Of a stretch of 64,000 nucleotides of DNA, positions 39,011 through 51,810 are shown piece after piece (positions within the stretch are counted from its first letter, which is position 1; each line of letters opens with the position of its first letter). Position numbers and translations under genes: made by a program. Source of the DNA: Camelus dromedarius (taxonomy: Eukaryota); NCBI RefSeq assembly GCF_036321535.1, contig NC_087437.1, forward strand, positions 75,828,001 to 75,892,000, written 5' to 3'. Under the pieces are notes generated by a model. That model saw only the letters and a program-made list of their open reading frames with translations. It had not been told where the DNA came from and did not search any database.

Positions 39011-39606
39011 TAGCCTTTCTGTCCCCTATAGAGCCATGTCCTAAGCTGTACCACAGTTTAACCACTGCCTGGTTTGAGTCTTTGGCTGTTCTTCCTCCAA
39101 GTTCCTGTGCTGCCACTCCCAGACTTGCAGCTCCATGAGGATCATGTCTCATTTCTCTTGCATCCCACCCTGCGCTGGCTGAGCACAATGGCTCTTCAAA
39201 TTCTTGGAATTAAATTGGCTGAATCAGTTCACATGTTACTCTCTTCCCCACAAATCCCTTAAGGACCACTCACCATCTTTGCGTTTCTTTCTCAGGCCAC
39301 CTGCATCTCTAGATGCCAACCTGGTTTTTGCTCTTTTCCCTTCTCTCTGTCTTTCACACAGCTCCACCTGGAGGCCAATGGCTTGAGCTTGTCATGAAGA
39401 CAAATTTATCACAGCAGCAAAATGCCCCTCCATTCAAGGAGGGTTCTTTCACTTCAGACGACTCCAGACGAAGAAAAGGAATCCTGAATTCTACTTCTTT
39501 AGTATATTTTCAGGGCATTTCTTTGTTGAGAGAGTGCAGGAAATATTTACGCCAAATGGGGAAATTGGGTAATATTTACAGTGGAGGACTTTTCCCAAAG
39601 CAAATA

Positions 39607-39971
39607 CAGTTGACCCTTGAACATCGCACATTTGAACTATGCAGTCTGCTTACATACAAATGTTTTTCAATAAATATATTGGAAAAATTTTTGGAGATTT
39701 GTGGCAATTTGAACAAACTCACAGACAAACCCCATAGCCTAGAAATACTGAATAAATTAAGAAAAAGTCAAGTATGACATGAATGCATAAAATATATATA
39801 GATGTACATATAACATACAAAATATGTGTTAATCAACTATGTTATCAGTAAGGTTTTTGGTCAACAATAGGCTATTAATAGTTAAGTTTGAGAGAAGTCA
39901 AAGTTATACGTAGATTTTCCATTGCGTGGGGATTAGTGCCTCTAACCCCTTTGTTGTTCAAGGGTCAACCG
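39607..39971. mobile_element. Tigger2a-like non-autonomous element with both termini
   Basis: TIRs cagttgacccttgaaca / tgttcaagggtcaaccg, with TA target duplications at 39605-39606 and 39972-39973. Confidence 0.9.
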
Positions 39972-40589
39972 TATTAGAATTATGAAGACAAATAAAATAG
40001 GAAGTGAAGAATTGCTTGCCTAGAGGTGGCCTCACGTTAGTCATCTTACAATCCTCCCCCAGTTATACACAAAGTTGATACCAAAAATGTGCTCAAAGAT
40101 CTCCTAGACAAGGTGCTAACTTTGAAAGGAGATATCCCACAAGGATGCCTCAATGACAGGAACAGGAAGAGGAATATTTGACTAATACTGTCCTGTGTCT
40201 GCACTGACCTCGGTACTTTGCTTACAGTGTTTCATTTCCACCCCTTCCCAACCTTGCGGCACTGGCAGTGTTCCAATTTTACAGAGAAGGAACACCACAG
40301 GTAATGCCCTCAGGCTATGCAATTAGTAAGGGAGGCTGCTGCAGAGAAGACACCAGGTCCCTCTTCTTCCCTGTATTGCTTCTTTTCCTTTTTCATGCTT
40401 CAGGCAATTCATCTTGACCCCCATCACCTGTGACAGAAGACGGGTTGCCAACACAACCAGCTGAGTGAGAAGAAAGAAGAGATGGAATTGTCATTTAGGA
40501 GCCAACCACGGACTGACCATCATTCGTAAGGAAAGATTTGTACCACTAGTTTGGAGCCATTCAAAGATCATTCTGATAAGTACAAAATT

Positions 40590-40825
40590 AATTAGCACAT
40601 GGGTTTTGGGGTCAAACTGAACTGGGCTCCCCCCTTTACTGTATGTCCTTGGGCAAGTTACTTAACCTTGCTAAGTCTCATATTCTTCAGTTTAGAAGGA
40701 GGGTAATAGTGGTAACTACCTCACGGAACAAAGATGAAATGCAATGGCTTGCAGAAAGTGTTCCTTGCTTAGGAAAATGCCTGGTGTGTAGCAAGTACTC
40801 AGGAAATGTTAGCTATCATCAATAG
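40590..40825 (+). mobile_element. MIR SINE
   Basis: ccttgggcaagttacttaaccttgctaagtctca...gcaagtactcaggaaatgttagctat. Confidence 0.75.
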
Positions 40826-42459
40826 TGGATAATTTTAAAGAAACGGGGATTTCTTTGCACAGAAATTGCTACAAGAATGATAAGTAAGATGTCCTTCCTT
40901 AATGAAGGGTTGTGGATCATTTACAAATAGCCCACATTTGCATGTAGACAATAATGAGATAATATCCGTAAATACAGTTTGTTTCTCTAAAAAGTTTGAA
41001 CATACTACTTTCCATTGATCCTGAACCCCACCCTGGTACTTATTTGCATCGTTAAATTGCTTAGCAACAGGCTGTTCTAGGCTTGAGTAGAGATAGAAAA
41101 TTTCAATCAAGAATAAGACAAAATACCACAAATGTTAAATATACGACTACTATATTAAAATTAAACATAAAAAGCCACATTTGCTTTCAAGTGTCTTCTC
41201 ACGATTTTGATTTTCTGCAAATTCAGATGGTTCTTCGTACCCCACGTGTAGCTTGGTGTGTTGGTGCAAGTGCGAAGGGCATCTCAGGAAGGGATGGGTT
41301 TCACACTTCGGCTTTTTAAGCAAGTAAGGGATTTAATTGTCTCCCACAACAGGTTAAGGAGTCTGGGGAAGCCAGTCCAGGGCTGGAATGGCTGCTGACC
41401 CTGACTTCCAGCTCTACCATCCTTATCACGGAGCTTTTGGGCCCAGGGCACCTATAGGCACTGCTTCAGGAAGAAGGAAGGAACCCAAGGCCAAAGTGGT
41501 GTACAAGTCCAATTTCCCTGGAAGCTACGCCCAAGAAGCCTTTTCAGAAGCTCTTTAGTCAGAATTGGATTCAAGGGAATCTGTCACCCTCTGAATCTTG
41601 GCACTGGGTGGTATGTGTGTGTGCATCCTGGGAAAGGATGGGTCTCTCTGCTCCCTGTTCCAGAATCCACCTCATTAATCCTGCACTTTCTCTTTCCTTC
41701 CTTTCAAACCTTGACTGGCTCGACAATGATAGAGGGGAGAGAGGTGACAGTGATAAACTCTCCTTACAGAAAGAGATAGAAACATTTACTTTTTATATTC
41801 TTGGAGGACATGAATCCAGTCCTCATCTCAGTTACCCTGTTGAGCAGAATAATTCATATTCCTCCAACACCTACCACACCCTGAAATTTCATCAGCTACC
41901 AATACCCCTTGCCAAGGATAATGTTCTTGGCTTTCTGATAGCAGCCTTTCCTACTCTCCACATTTCCATCCTAGTTGCCTCGTCTGTAACCCTCCCTGGA
42001 GGAGCTCTTATTGTTGGCACTCCATTTTAAATCTTGTTTTCAAACAAGGTAGAAAAAAGAAGTAAGCAAGTGTTGGGTTTTATGATTGACTCAAATGACC
42101 TTAGCTAGGTTTTCCAACATGAAGTGTTTTTGAGGGCTGATCACTTAGACTGCTATTTCAAGGACTCCAAAATTGCTCTCTGTTTCAGTGGAGTTCTGTC
42201 CATGGTACATTTTTTTAAATTTCTCTTTTTCTCCTTCTTGCCCTCTTAAAAACTGAACTTAGAAATCAGAAGACTCACCTTAAAGAACCTTAGGTCTAAT
42301 TTCCAGCAATGATTAGTTGTGAGTCTTGAATAAATCACTTTACCGTTCTGAGCATCTGTTTTTCTGTATGTCCAATGAGGTCTCTGTATTAGGTAAATGC
42401 CAAAGTCCTTTCCAGTTGGAAAATTTCTAACCCTTTATGCATCTGAGAGGGACTTTCAC

Positions 42460-44750
42460 TTCTGGATGGAATGTAGAAGTTCACAGCAGGCTAGCATTCA
42501 CACTGTAGCAAGAAGGAAAAATAGGTGCATTTCAAATATCATTAAAGACACTGAAGAGCTGTGGATGCAAAGAGAACTAGATAAACTAAAATTCCTAAGT
42601 GAGCTTACAATCACCAGCTGTTTGCTTCCCAAGGAGCATTTGCCTATTTTGGGTACAAGCTGAAAACTGGATTTAAGCCAAGCAGAAGGACCCTACTGGG
42701 GAAAAGAGAATCCAGCAGGACTTTTGGTGGATGTGGGGGACTGAAATAATGGATTAGAAAACAAAGGAATGCAAAATGTATGGCTCATTTCCTTATGTTC
42801 CGGGGTGGTAGGGAAGGCTTATGTGAGCTGAGCCTGAAAGAGAAAGTAAAATTCCTTATAGTCTGCAGTGCCTAGGAGACAAAACCCCACTAGAAATATG
42901 GGTTTGCTATGAATGCACAACAGTTCCTCCCCTTAAACCATTTTCCAGATTTTGAACCTGTGTGAAATGGAAGTCTGAGCTATAAGCTCAAAATCTTTGA
43001 AAAGCAGAACTTCTAGAGCTGAGGAGACAGGTAGTGATTAGGCTCCCCATCAAAAGTTCAAAAGCACCCTCCTCAAAGAACAGGGACAAACCAGAGGTGA
43101 ACTGAGACTTATGAAAAACTGCAATCCAGCCTCACACCCAACTCAGTTTCTACCTGTCTGCCTATCAGTGAAAAGGTGGAACTCTTGCTGGTAGATGATT
43201 TCATATGAACATCCTCTGGGGTTTTTTGTTTTGTTTGGGGTTGTTTTTAATACCCAATGTCTAGACTACAATTCAAAATTACTAACATGAGAAGAGAATG
43301 GAAGATGTGATTGATAATCAAAAGGGAAAAAATAAAACAATAGAAGCATATCCACAGATAATTCAAATATGGTAATTAGCATAAAAGTGGTTTTAAATAA
43401 TTAAGATTATCATATTAAAAAAAAGAGGAGAAATTGATTAAAAGACTAAAAATGTCAACAGAGAATTGACATTGCTAACACAAATCAAATGGGTATTCTA
43501 GAACTGAAAATTTTTAAATCTAAACTGTTGAATTCATTATATGAGTTTAATGGCATGTGGAACACAGTATATTTAATTCAAAGACACAATCAGGTTTTCA
43601 AAAACGGAAAAGAAAGAAAATCCAAACTGAAACACAAAAGTAGAGGGAAATGAGTGGGAAGAAGAGAATAAAAACATAAAAGACATGTGTACATAGTCAA
43701 AAGACCTAATGTGTGTATAATTGAAGTCCCAGAGGGAGAGGAGAAAGGGACTAGAAAAGAACAACTGTCGTAGAGATAACAACTGAGAATTTCTCAATAT
43801 TGGTCAAAGATATCAACCCACAGATCCAAGAACAGAGAACATTCAGAGGAATAAAAGTAATGAAAACCACATCTAGGGGCATCGTATCCAAAGTGAAGAA
43901 AGTTAAAGACACATTAAAAAGAGCCAACGGGGGGAGAAAAACAAAACACACTGCTTTCAAAGCAACAAGAAGACAGAGCACTGACTTTTCAATAGAAGCT
44001 ATAGAAGCCAGAAGATGATGCTTTAACATCCTTAAAGAGCTGAGAGAAAAATATTATACCCAGTGAAAGTACACTTCAAAAGTTAAGCCAAAATAAAGAT
44101 ACTTTCCAGCAAACTAACCTTGACAGAACTTGTCTCCAGAGAACGGCACTGTAAGATTTATTAAAGGAGAATTGTCAGGCCAAAGGAAAATAATCCCAGG
44201 TGGAAATGTTAAACTTTGGGGAGGAATAAAGAACACTACAGAGGAGAAAGAGATACGTCAATATTTGAAAATACTGACTTTCTGAAACAAAGGTAAGGAA
44301 AGCTTTGTGATAACGTTACTGCATGGAGGTAAAATTATAAATAACATCACAGAAAACTTGAGGATCTAAGTGAAGTTAAGCTGTTTTAAGGCTCTTGCAT
44401 TACTTGTGAAGTGGCGAAAATACTAACTTAAGATATATATTGAGAAGCTAGAAAGGCATATTGATTCCCTACGGTAAATGCTAAAAGAAAATCAAGATGT
44501 AAAATAAAAAGCTACTAAAGGAGAAAATGAAATACACATACTTAATATAAAAGCAGGTAGGAAAGGAGGAATAAAGGAACAGAGAATAGATGGGATAAAC
44601 AGAAAAAAAAATAGCAAGTACAAAGAATTAAACCAACCATTTCAGTAATTATATAATTAAACTGGATAAACATTCCAATCAAAAAAATAGTGGATTTTTT
44701 TAAACAGATGATTCAGTTATAGGCTCTTTATAATGGATATATTTCAAATG
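42460..44750 (+). mobile_element. Old L1M 5' half: decayed ORF1, inter-ORF spacer and start of the ORF2 endonuclease
   Basis: ORF 43800-44018 (KDINPQIQEQRT...KTTSRGIV...STDFSIEAIEARR) resembles L1 ORF1p. Sequence near 44640-44745 resembles the ORF2 N-terminal region. The 5' boundary is approximate. Confidence 0.8.
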
Positions 44751-44769
44751 TTGACTTATTTAACTGGCA

Positions 44770-45245
44770 GTCAGCAAGGCATGGGCTTTGGAGACGAAAT
44801 GCCCTGGGTTTGAATTTTAATTCTTAAGTATAAACTATTTGGACATATAGGTAAGTTGCATGACTTTCCTGAATCTCGGTTTCCTTATCTATAATAAAAA
44901 GGCAATAATGCATATCTGATAGGGTTTGTGTGGGAATGAAATGAAATTAATGGGAAAAGCAAGGGCAGAAAACCCTCAACTAATGATGAATATTTCTGTT
45001 CCTCTCATCACCACCACCTGCCATCCCAGTCTCTCTAATATTGTGGTTAATGGCTTGGGTGCTGGAATCACAGCACTTAGCTTTTCATTCCAGCTCTGTT
45101 AGTTATTAACCCACCATGTGATCTTGAGTAAGTACTTAAACTCCCTACACCTTGGTTTCCTCACCTGTAAAATGGGTACCTCTCAGGATTGTGAAGATAA
45201 TCTCTTTAGACACTTAACACATTGCCTGGAACATACTGAGTGCTC
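44770..45245 (+). mobile_element. Two MIR SINEs
   Basis: ctgaatctcggtttccttatctataat and cttggtttcctcacctgtaaaatggg cores. Confidence 0.75.
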
Positions 45246-45900
45246 TCTACACAGCAGCCAGAGTGACTATTAAAAGATAAGTCAAGTAATGCCAATCATT
45301 TGCTCAAAAGCTTTCAATGTCTTCCCACTGGACTTAGAATACAAGCCAAAGTCTTTAAAATCATCTACAAGATCCCTTAAGATCCATGATCCCTCTGAAC
45401 TCATCTACTGGTTACCCTCTTGCTTACTCTGCTTACTTTAGACACACCAGTCTCCTTGTATTTCCTCAAACAAGTCAGTTATGCTGTTGTCTCAGGGTCC
45501 TTGTACTCACAGAGGCTTCCTCCTGGAGAGTTCTTCCTTCTGCAGTCACCCACACAACCTCTCAGATCGGCATCACTTGCTCCTTTACCACTGTTGGATC
45601 TTGTTCAAAAGTATCAGTCAGTGAAGCCATATGGGACCACACTATGTACCTCCCTACCCAGTGCACCCCACTTCCCAATCTTACTTCTTTGGTTTATATT
45701 TCTCTTCTGCAGAAATAGCCATTTTACATTCCTTTCTATTATAATTCTTTATTTGTTTATTAGGTGCCTTCCCCCATTACAACGTAATCCCATGAGGGCA
45801 GGGCTTTTTGTCCTTGACCACTGCTATAACCCCCAACCCCTAGACAACCACCTGGCACATAGTAGGCACTCAAGAAATAAGTATCAAATGAAAGAATTTT
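45245..45900 (+). mobile_element. L2a 3' end
   Basis: cagcagccagagtga...tttgctcaaaagctttcaatg...catgagggcagggc...cctggcacatagtaggcactcaagaaata. Confidence 0.85.
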
Positions 45901-45912
45901 AAAGTTAGTCAC

Positions 45913-45968
45913 ACAACATTGTAAACCGACTGTATTTCAATTTTTAAAAAAAGAAAAAGAAATTTTTT
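45913..45968 (+). mobile_element. Extremely 5'-truncated L1 (3' tip plus A tail) with TSD
   Basis: acaacattgtaaaccgactgtatttcaa plus an A-rich tail, flanked by aagttagtcac at 45902-45912 and 45969-45979. Confidence 0.8.
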
Positions 45969-47169
45969 AAGTTAGTCACTATTCTCATTATTTACTTACT
46001 TATCATTTCTTCCTCTTCCTCCTTCTCTAGTAACCACTGGAGGCATTGAGCCATACCTGAACTGAAGACAGAGCTCAGCTTAGTTATCGCTGCCTCCAGG
46101 AATTCCCCTGGGACTTCCCTACATCATTTCCTCCTGTTTTGCCCTCTCACTGCATTGATCTCTGTTGTGTGATTCTTTGGTTTAAGTCTATCTTTTCTAC
46201 TAGACCCGTATCCCAAGAGACCTCATCAATTTTTGCTTGCCTCTGTATTCCCAACACTGAGTACAGAGCCTGACACATAAAATACACCCAATAAATAATG
46301 AATGGATGATCAGACTAGGCTCTTGATTTATTTTGCCCATTGTAAAACTAATTTTGCACATTATTTAACCACTCTGTCCGTGCTATTTTTAGTGTTTGTT
46401 TATGATTGATAAGCTTTGGCCTTTTGTGTACCATTTCCTCACTGACACTGAACGGAATAACTTAAGCTGGGCTGTGTTCTGGTAGGTCTTTGCAAATGTT
46501 TCTTATTGGTTTGTATTCAGAGTAGAAGTTAGCAAAAATCCATTTGCTACTGCTCAGATCTGTGAAAGTATCCAATTAATATTATGCATTAGTTTTCACA
46601 ATAAGAAGGATTCTGGGAGTCAGTCGAGTAATACAAAGAACAAGTGAAGATAGAGACATTCTTCTTTATTGGGATGGAGAGATTATGGCAACCAGTGTCG
46701 GTGAGAGGAAGGAATGGTCATTTATTGGGAGCCTGTCATATGCCAGACTCCATTCCAGATACTTTGCATTTATGATCCTGTTTGATATAAACCAGAAACA
46801 TGGTTGAGGAGGGAAGATACTGGCAAATGTGGACATGTCTGTGTGTACATATTTGTGGGTGTTTAAAATGAGCCCTGTCTCTGCTTCCTATTAGCTGTAC
46901 AAGCTTAAGCAAGTCAGTTAATGCCCCTGAGCTTCAGTTTCTACATTTGTAAACTGTGGATCATAAGGCCCATCTCACAGAGCTCATATTAAGATCAAAT
47001 AAAATAATGAATATGAATGTTCTTTGAAAATATCGAAAATAAGTGGAGAGGTGCATAGGGTGTTACGAGGATCAAAGCAACAATCTACCCCTTTGGAATA
47101 ACATAATATTTTTGCATTTTTTTCTGGTGAAAGCTAGAGCTGGGCTAAAGTCATATTGTATCAGCTTAT

Positions 47170-48090
47170 TACCTATTCATTTATTGCAATTCAATCCAAT
47201 AAACATATTAAATACCTCCTATGTGTCAGACTCCAGAAGGCCATGGAGAGTAAAATGAACTAAACTAAAATGATCCTGCCTCAGAGAGTTCACACTTGAA
47301 AGGAGAAAGCATATGGGTATAAAAATAACTGTAAAATTCAAGCAGAGTATGTATGATGCTATAAAAGCACCCCTAGTGATTTATATAATAACTATACATT
47401 GAAGACCCACCATGGACCAGGCACTGTTCTAGGACCCAGAGACAGGAGTGAACAAGAAAGATAAGGGGTCTGTTTTCATGTGGCTTACATTCTAACACGT
47501 GAAAAAGGATAAATAACTCAATTCAGTTAACTGCTGTGTTGAAAAGAAAACAGGGTGATGTGTCGGCGAGTTCCGGAGGAGCACAGGCGGTCAGCCGAGG
47601 TCGCTGCTGTCTGAGCTGAGACTGGAGGGGTGAGAACAGGGCAGTTCTGAGATCTTCAGAAAGAGAGTTCCACACAGAGAGAATGGCAAGCGCTGGAAGC
47701 TTGTGGGTTTGAAGCTGTGACACAAAATGAGACAGTGCGGCCACATGAGGAGAGGCTAGCAGGGGTGGACAGGGGCCAGCTCACTCACCACGTTTTGGCT
47801 GGGATGAAGAATTTGGGGTCTAATGGAGGTACAACAGGAAGCCAGGAAAGGTTTTAGAAAGAGCAGAGATATGATCTGATTTACATTTTAAAAGAGCACA
47901 CTTTGGTTGCTATGTGGAGCAGGTCGACGGCGGTGGGGAGAAAGCGAACCCAGAAAGCCCAGACGCGATGCTATTTTTGTAACCCAGGTGACGGATAATG
48001 AATGATGACTAGGAGCTAACCTAGAAGCGGTCTGGATGGAGAGAAAGGGACAGATGTAGGATATATTTTGGAGGTGAGCCAACAAGAATT
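47170..48090 (-). mobile_element. L2 fragments, antisense
   Basis: ccaggcactgttctagg...atgatctgatttacattttaaaagagcacactttggttgc...ggatatattttggaggtgagccaacaagaatttg. Confidence 0.8.
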
Positions 48091-48949
48091 TGAGGAGGAG
48101 GAAAAAGGTTGCTTCAAAATGAAGAATGATTCAGTTTCTATCTTTACTTCAAAATCCTTGAATGTCAAACAATAAGTATGTCTAACGTATACTGAAGCTA
48201 ATATTAAAATACTTTGGCTCTTTAAAGTTTTTCTATGGTAAATATGATAAAGAAAGTTGTGAAAAAGTAAAAATTTAAACAAATACATAGATCATATAAA
48301 ATATGCTAGATATATATCTAAAACTAGAATGCTTAATTTTTCCCCCAGAACTATGATTTGATCTCGTGTTTCTGAGGAGGTGGTGCTGTATCAGATTTTG
48401 CCTCTTTTTCTGTAGCATCTTTCAAAAACCTGAAAACAGTTTGACAGCTGTAACACAAATGCTAGGGGTGGGCATTTCTTTATATATCGGAGGTGACTTC
48501 CATCCACTGGGGAAAATGGGAATGCCCAGTGTCCCAGTATGTCAGGGGCGAGGTGGAGCACGCAGCCACCTAACCAAGGCTTTAAATGTAATGCAGTCAG
48601 ACAGATTACTGTTAATCCATTCCCACCGCACTGGCGCTTTGACAGGGGAGGAGAGAGACCGCAGCTATTTACAGCAGCAGTTGTCTGAAGCAGGCCTGAG
48701 GAGTGCAGTCCCTTGGGGAAGCTGGGTTGGAAACCTCTGTCCACAGGCAGTCAAGCAGTGGCTGGTTAGAAGCAGCCAGTGCGGACTCTGCATCTACAGG
48801 AGGACCCCTCATGACTGTTACGCCTTTTTGGTCCTTTCTGTTTAAAGACCTTGCCGTTAAAGTCTGTTTAAAGTCCTTTCTGTTAAAGGATTCCATCCAG
48901 GTAAGGAATGGGCGGGAGTGACTTCTTGGGGGGGTCCTCCGGGGGAAAG

Positions 48950-49620
48950 AGTCCGGAAGAGAGCAGTAGGGCCACTGACAGCAGGAATGTATCCTCCCAC
49001 TGCCCACCCCGCGCGGATCGGGTGCTGGATGAAGTCCTGACAAGCCAGCGAGGCTGTAGCGTGTGGTGCATCAGCTCCTCGCAGCACCCTCGCAGCATCC
49101 TCTCCCCTGCCGCGGCTGTAATGGATCTTTGCGTCCTAAAAGAGGAAGATAATGCCAGGTTTAGCTTATAAATAGATGGTTGTACACTCTCCCTGCGAAG
49201 CATTGATTGAGAGAGCCAAGCTGACTATTGATCTAATTTTAACCTACATTTTAGCACGCAGCCTCTCCGCCTCCCTGTCGCTGTTCCGCGGAGCTCAGGG
49301 CACAACTCTCTCCAGCGACCGCCAGAGGGCGGGCCGCCGGTGTTCCTGCCACCCTTCCCGTCCGGCCTCTGTTTACGCAGGCATACAATGCCGGCCTTTA
49401 TTGGGTTTGAAAAATAGGAGTTTGATTTTTCTGCGCCGGGATGACCTCATCACTCATGAAAGTCAGAGGAAAGCGGGGAATTGGATGACAGGCAGTCGGG
49501 AAAATAAAGCTTGCGTTTCACCTCCTCCCACTGCACCACCTACGCAGAGCAATCGGGATGTGCTTCTCATTTAAAAATCACGTTGCTGAAGCCGGGAAGT
49601 GGGGGAGGGCGGTAGGAGTG
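48950..49620. promoter_or_regulatory. CpG-rich, repeat-free candidate regulatory element with CTCF and MEF2 consensus matches
   Basis: Visible CpG enrichment over the flanks; CCGCCAGAGGGCGG at 49319-49332; TTATAAATAG at 49166-49175. Function is inferred. Confidence 0.55.
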
Positions 49621-50059
49621 GAATGTTAAATTCTTCTTGGTACCCCGGCACTGGGTGTTCTGTTTAGAAGGTTAATGTCACCTACTCTCTGCCTCCAAGG
49701 GTTCTCTACTGAGCTGCCACCAAATGCCAGGGCACCAGCTCTCTCTAGGAAGGAGTGACTTGACTTTAAAATATTAGTTATTCCTAAACATGATTCATCT
49801 TGCCACAGTTTAAATAATGGTTACCAGCAATTTTAGGCTACTAGCTTGTAAATTTCAGATCTGCTTAGGGCTTCAGACGAACAGGGTCAGTAATTAAAGC
49901 CTATCACATTTTTGTTGCCACCTTTTGGGACCACAAAGTATAGGGTAGAGTATAATGTGATGGAAAGGGAGACAGAAGACAGGGAAAGAAGACTCCTCAG
50001 AAATTCCCCAGCCCAGGAACTCAGTATTTGGACTCCTTCTGGGGTTGAGTGAAAAAGAT

Positions 50060-50290
50060 TAATAGAAGCTAGTGTTTATTCAAGCACTGGCTATTTGTAG
50101 GGTACTGTACCAACCATTTTACATTTGTTATCTTCTTATACCCTCAAGGCAACCTGTCAGTTGAGTTCTATCATTATCCCATTTTAGGGTTGAAGAAAAT
50201 ACTTGCCCAAAGTCAGGTGAGCAACAAAGGGGCAGAGGCAAATTCAAGGCTCAGGAGTGACCCCAGAGCTCTTGCTCTCCATGTTACATG
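50060..50290 (-). mobile_element. MIR SINE
   Basis: tcattatcccattttagggttgaagaaaatacttgcccaaagtca. Confidence 0.65.
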
Positions 50291-51049
50291 TCTTGAAAAT
50301 ATGCCTACCCTTGGCAAACTTGTAAACTCTGCATCCCGAAGCAAAAGAGGATATATGCGAAGATAGGATGGCAACTTTCAGACAGGGCCTGCCGAGGTCT
50401 GTGATCAGGCCACCCAAGGCAGCTGTTCTTCTGCTCTCTGTACAACCCCTGCTCCAGCGCCTGCTTCACTACACCTACTCACATGGCTGATCTTCCTTTC
50501 CCCAGGCCCCAGCTAATGATTGTACTAGCTTTAGATCAGAACAGCTTCCACTATGATAGCTTATCAAATGGGCAATGAGGGGTGTGCACCTCTGCTGGAT
50601 TCCCTGATAACCAATGAGCCAACCTGAGGTCAATCTCCCCTGTAACTGGTAACCTCCCCTTCCCCACCGCTTCCCATCCCACCTCACTTCTGCCTCCAGG
50701 AGGGAAGACTGCCCACCATGTCCTGCCCGCCATCTGCCATACACAGTGGGGTGCTCCAGGACCTTGCTTCAGACATGTTCGACCCCCTGTCTATTAAGCC
50801 ATTGATGTCTCTGTCCGACTCCAGGCCTTTTCTTCAGTCTAGAAGCTGGGCACATACAGGCCTTGTAAGCCTGCAGGGTGCAGCCCAACACAAGGCCGAA
50901 ACCAAAATATTGTTCATAGAGAGAGTGCTTGAAAAGTGAAACATGTATAAAGAAATTATCATCTGTAGCACTGCTCCTGAAAATAGCTTATAAGATGGAA
51001 ATAAAGGGACCAGAGGAAGGGAACTTTCACCAAAGGGTCCTCACTTAGC

Positions 51050-51810
51050 CAATCATTCAACAAATATTTGCTCACAGTGTTCTGGCCATTGTGATGAGCA
51101 CTGGGATACTGTGATGAAGATGACAGACATGGTCCACCCTTTCATGGAACCTCATGAGGGTGGGGGTCATAAATAGGTGAACAGTGAAACACATAATCAT
51201 AATTGGTGATGACTGTAAAAAGGACATGATTTATCTGGTGAGAGGGAGACAAGACAGGCCTGTCTGGGGAAATGACATTCCAGCTACAAGGTGAGTAGGG
51301 ACTAGCAGGTGAAGGAGGGGAACAAGAGTGTCATGGGCAGACGTGGGAAGGCTCTGAGGAGGAAGTGGTGATGGGAGTGTCGTGATCGGCAGGGGAGAGG
51401 GCTGTGGGAGGAGACCGGAGAGCTCTCATAAGGTCTCGTAAACCAGAGTGTGGATTTTGAATGGGGAGAACCCTTGAAGAGTTTTAAGCATGAAATTGAA
51501 GTGATTTAATTTATATTTTAGAACGATTACTTGGTGAAGGGGAGATTGGGTGGGAGCTGGGACAAGGGGGAGGGGGTGGGCCTGGGGAGAGCATTAGGAA
51601 GTAGTGCAATAGCCCTGGAGAGAGACATGTTGGGAGCTTGGACAAGGCGTGTTGGAGGTGGAGAGAGGTGAATGAACTGTTGGGGGTTTGGTGATGGATT
51701 GGACAGGGGAGTTGAGGGGTAGAGAGGGGTCATGGATCTCTCCCAGTTTCTGGCTTGAAGCACAGGATTGAATGAGGCATCATTTATAAATCCAATGGAC
51801 GTGGAAAGAG
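51050..51810 (-). mobile_element. L2 fragment, antisense
   Basis: tcattcaacaaatatttgc...gagttttaagcatgaaattgaagtgatttaatttatattttagaacgattac...tcccagtttctggcttga. Confidence 0.75.

Noticed and set aside
48908..49574. ORFs across the CpG-rich element as a coding first exon
   Set aside because: Overlapping ORFs on both strands are expected in GC-rich DNA, and the peptides show no recognisable domain.
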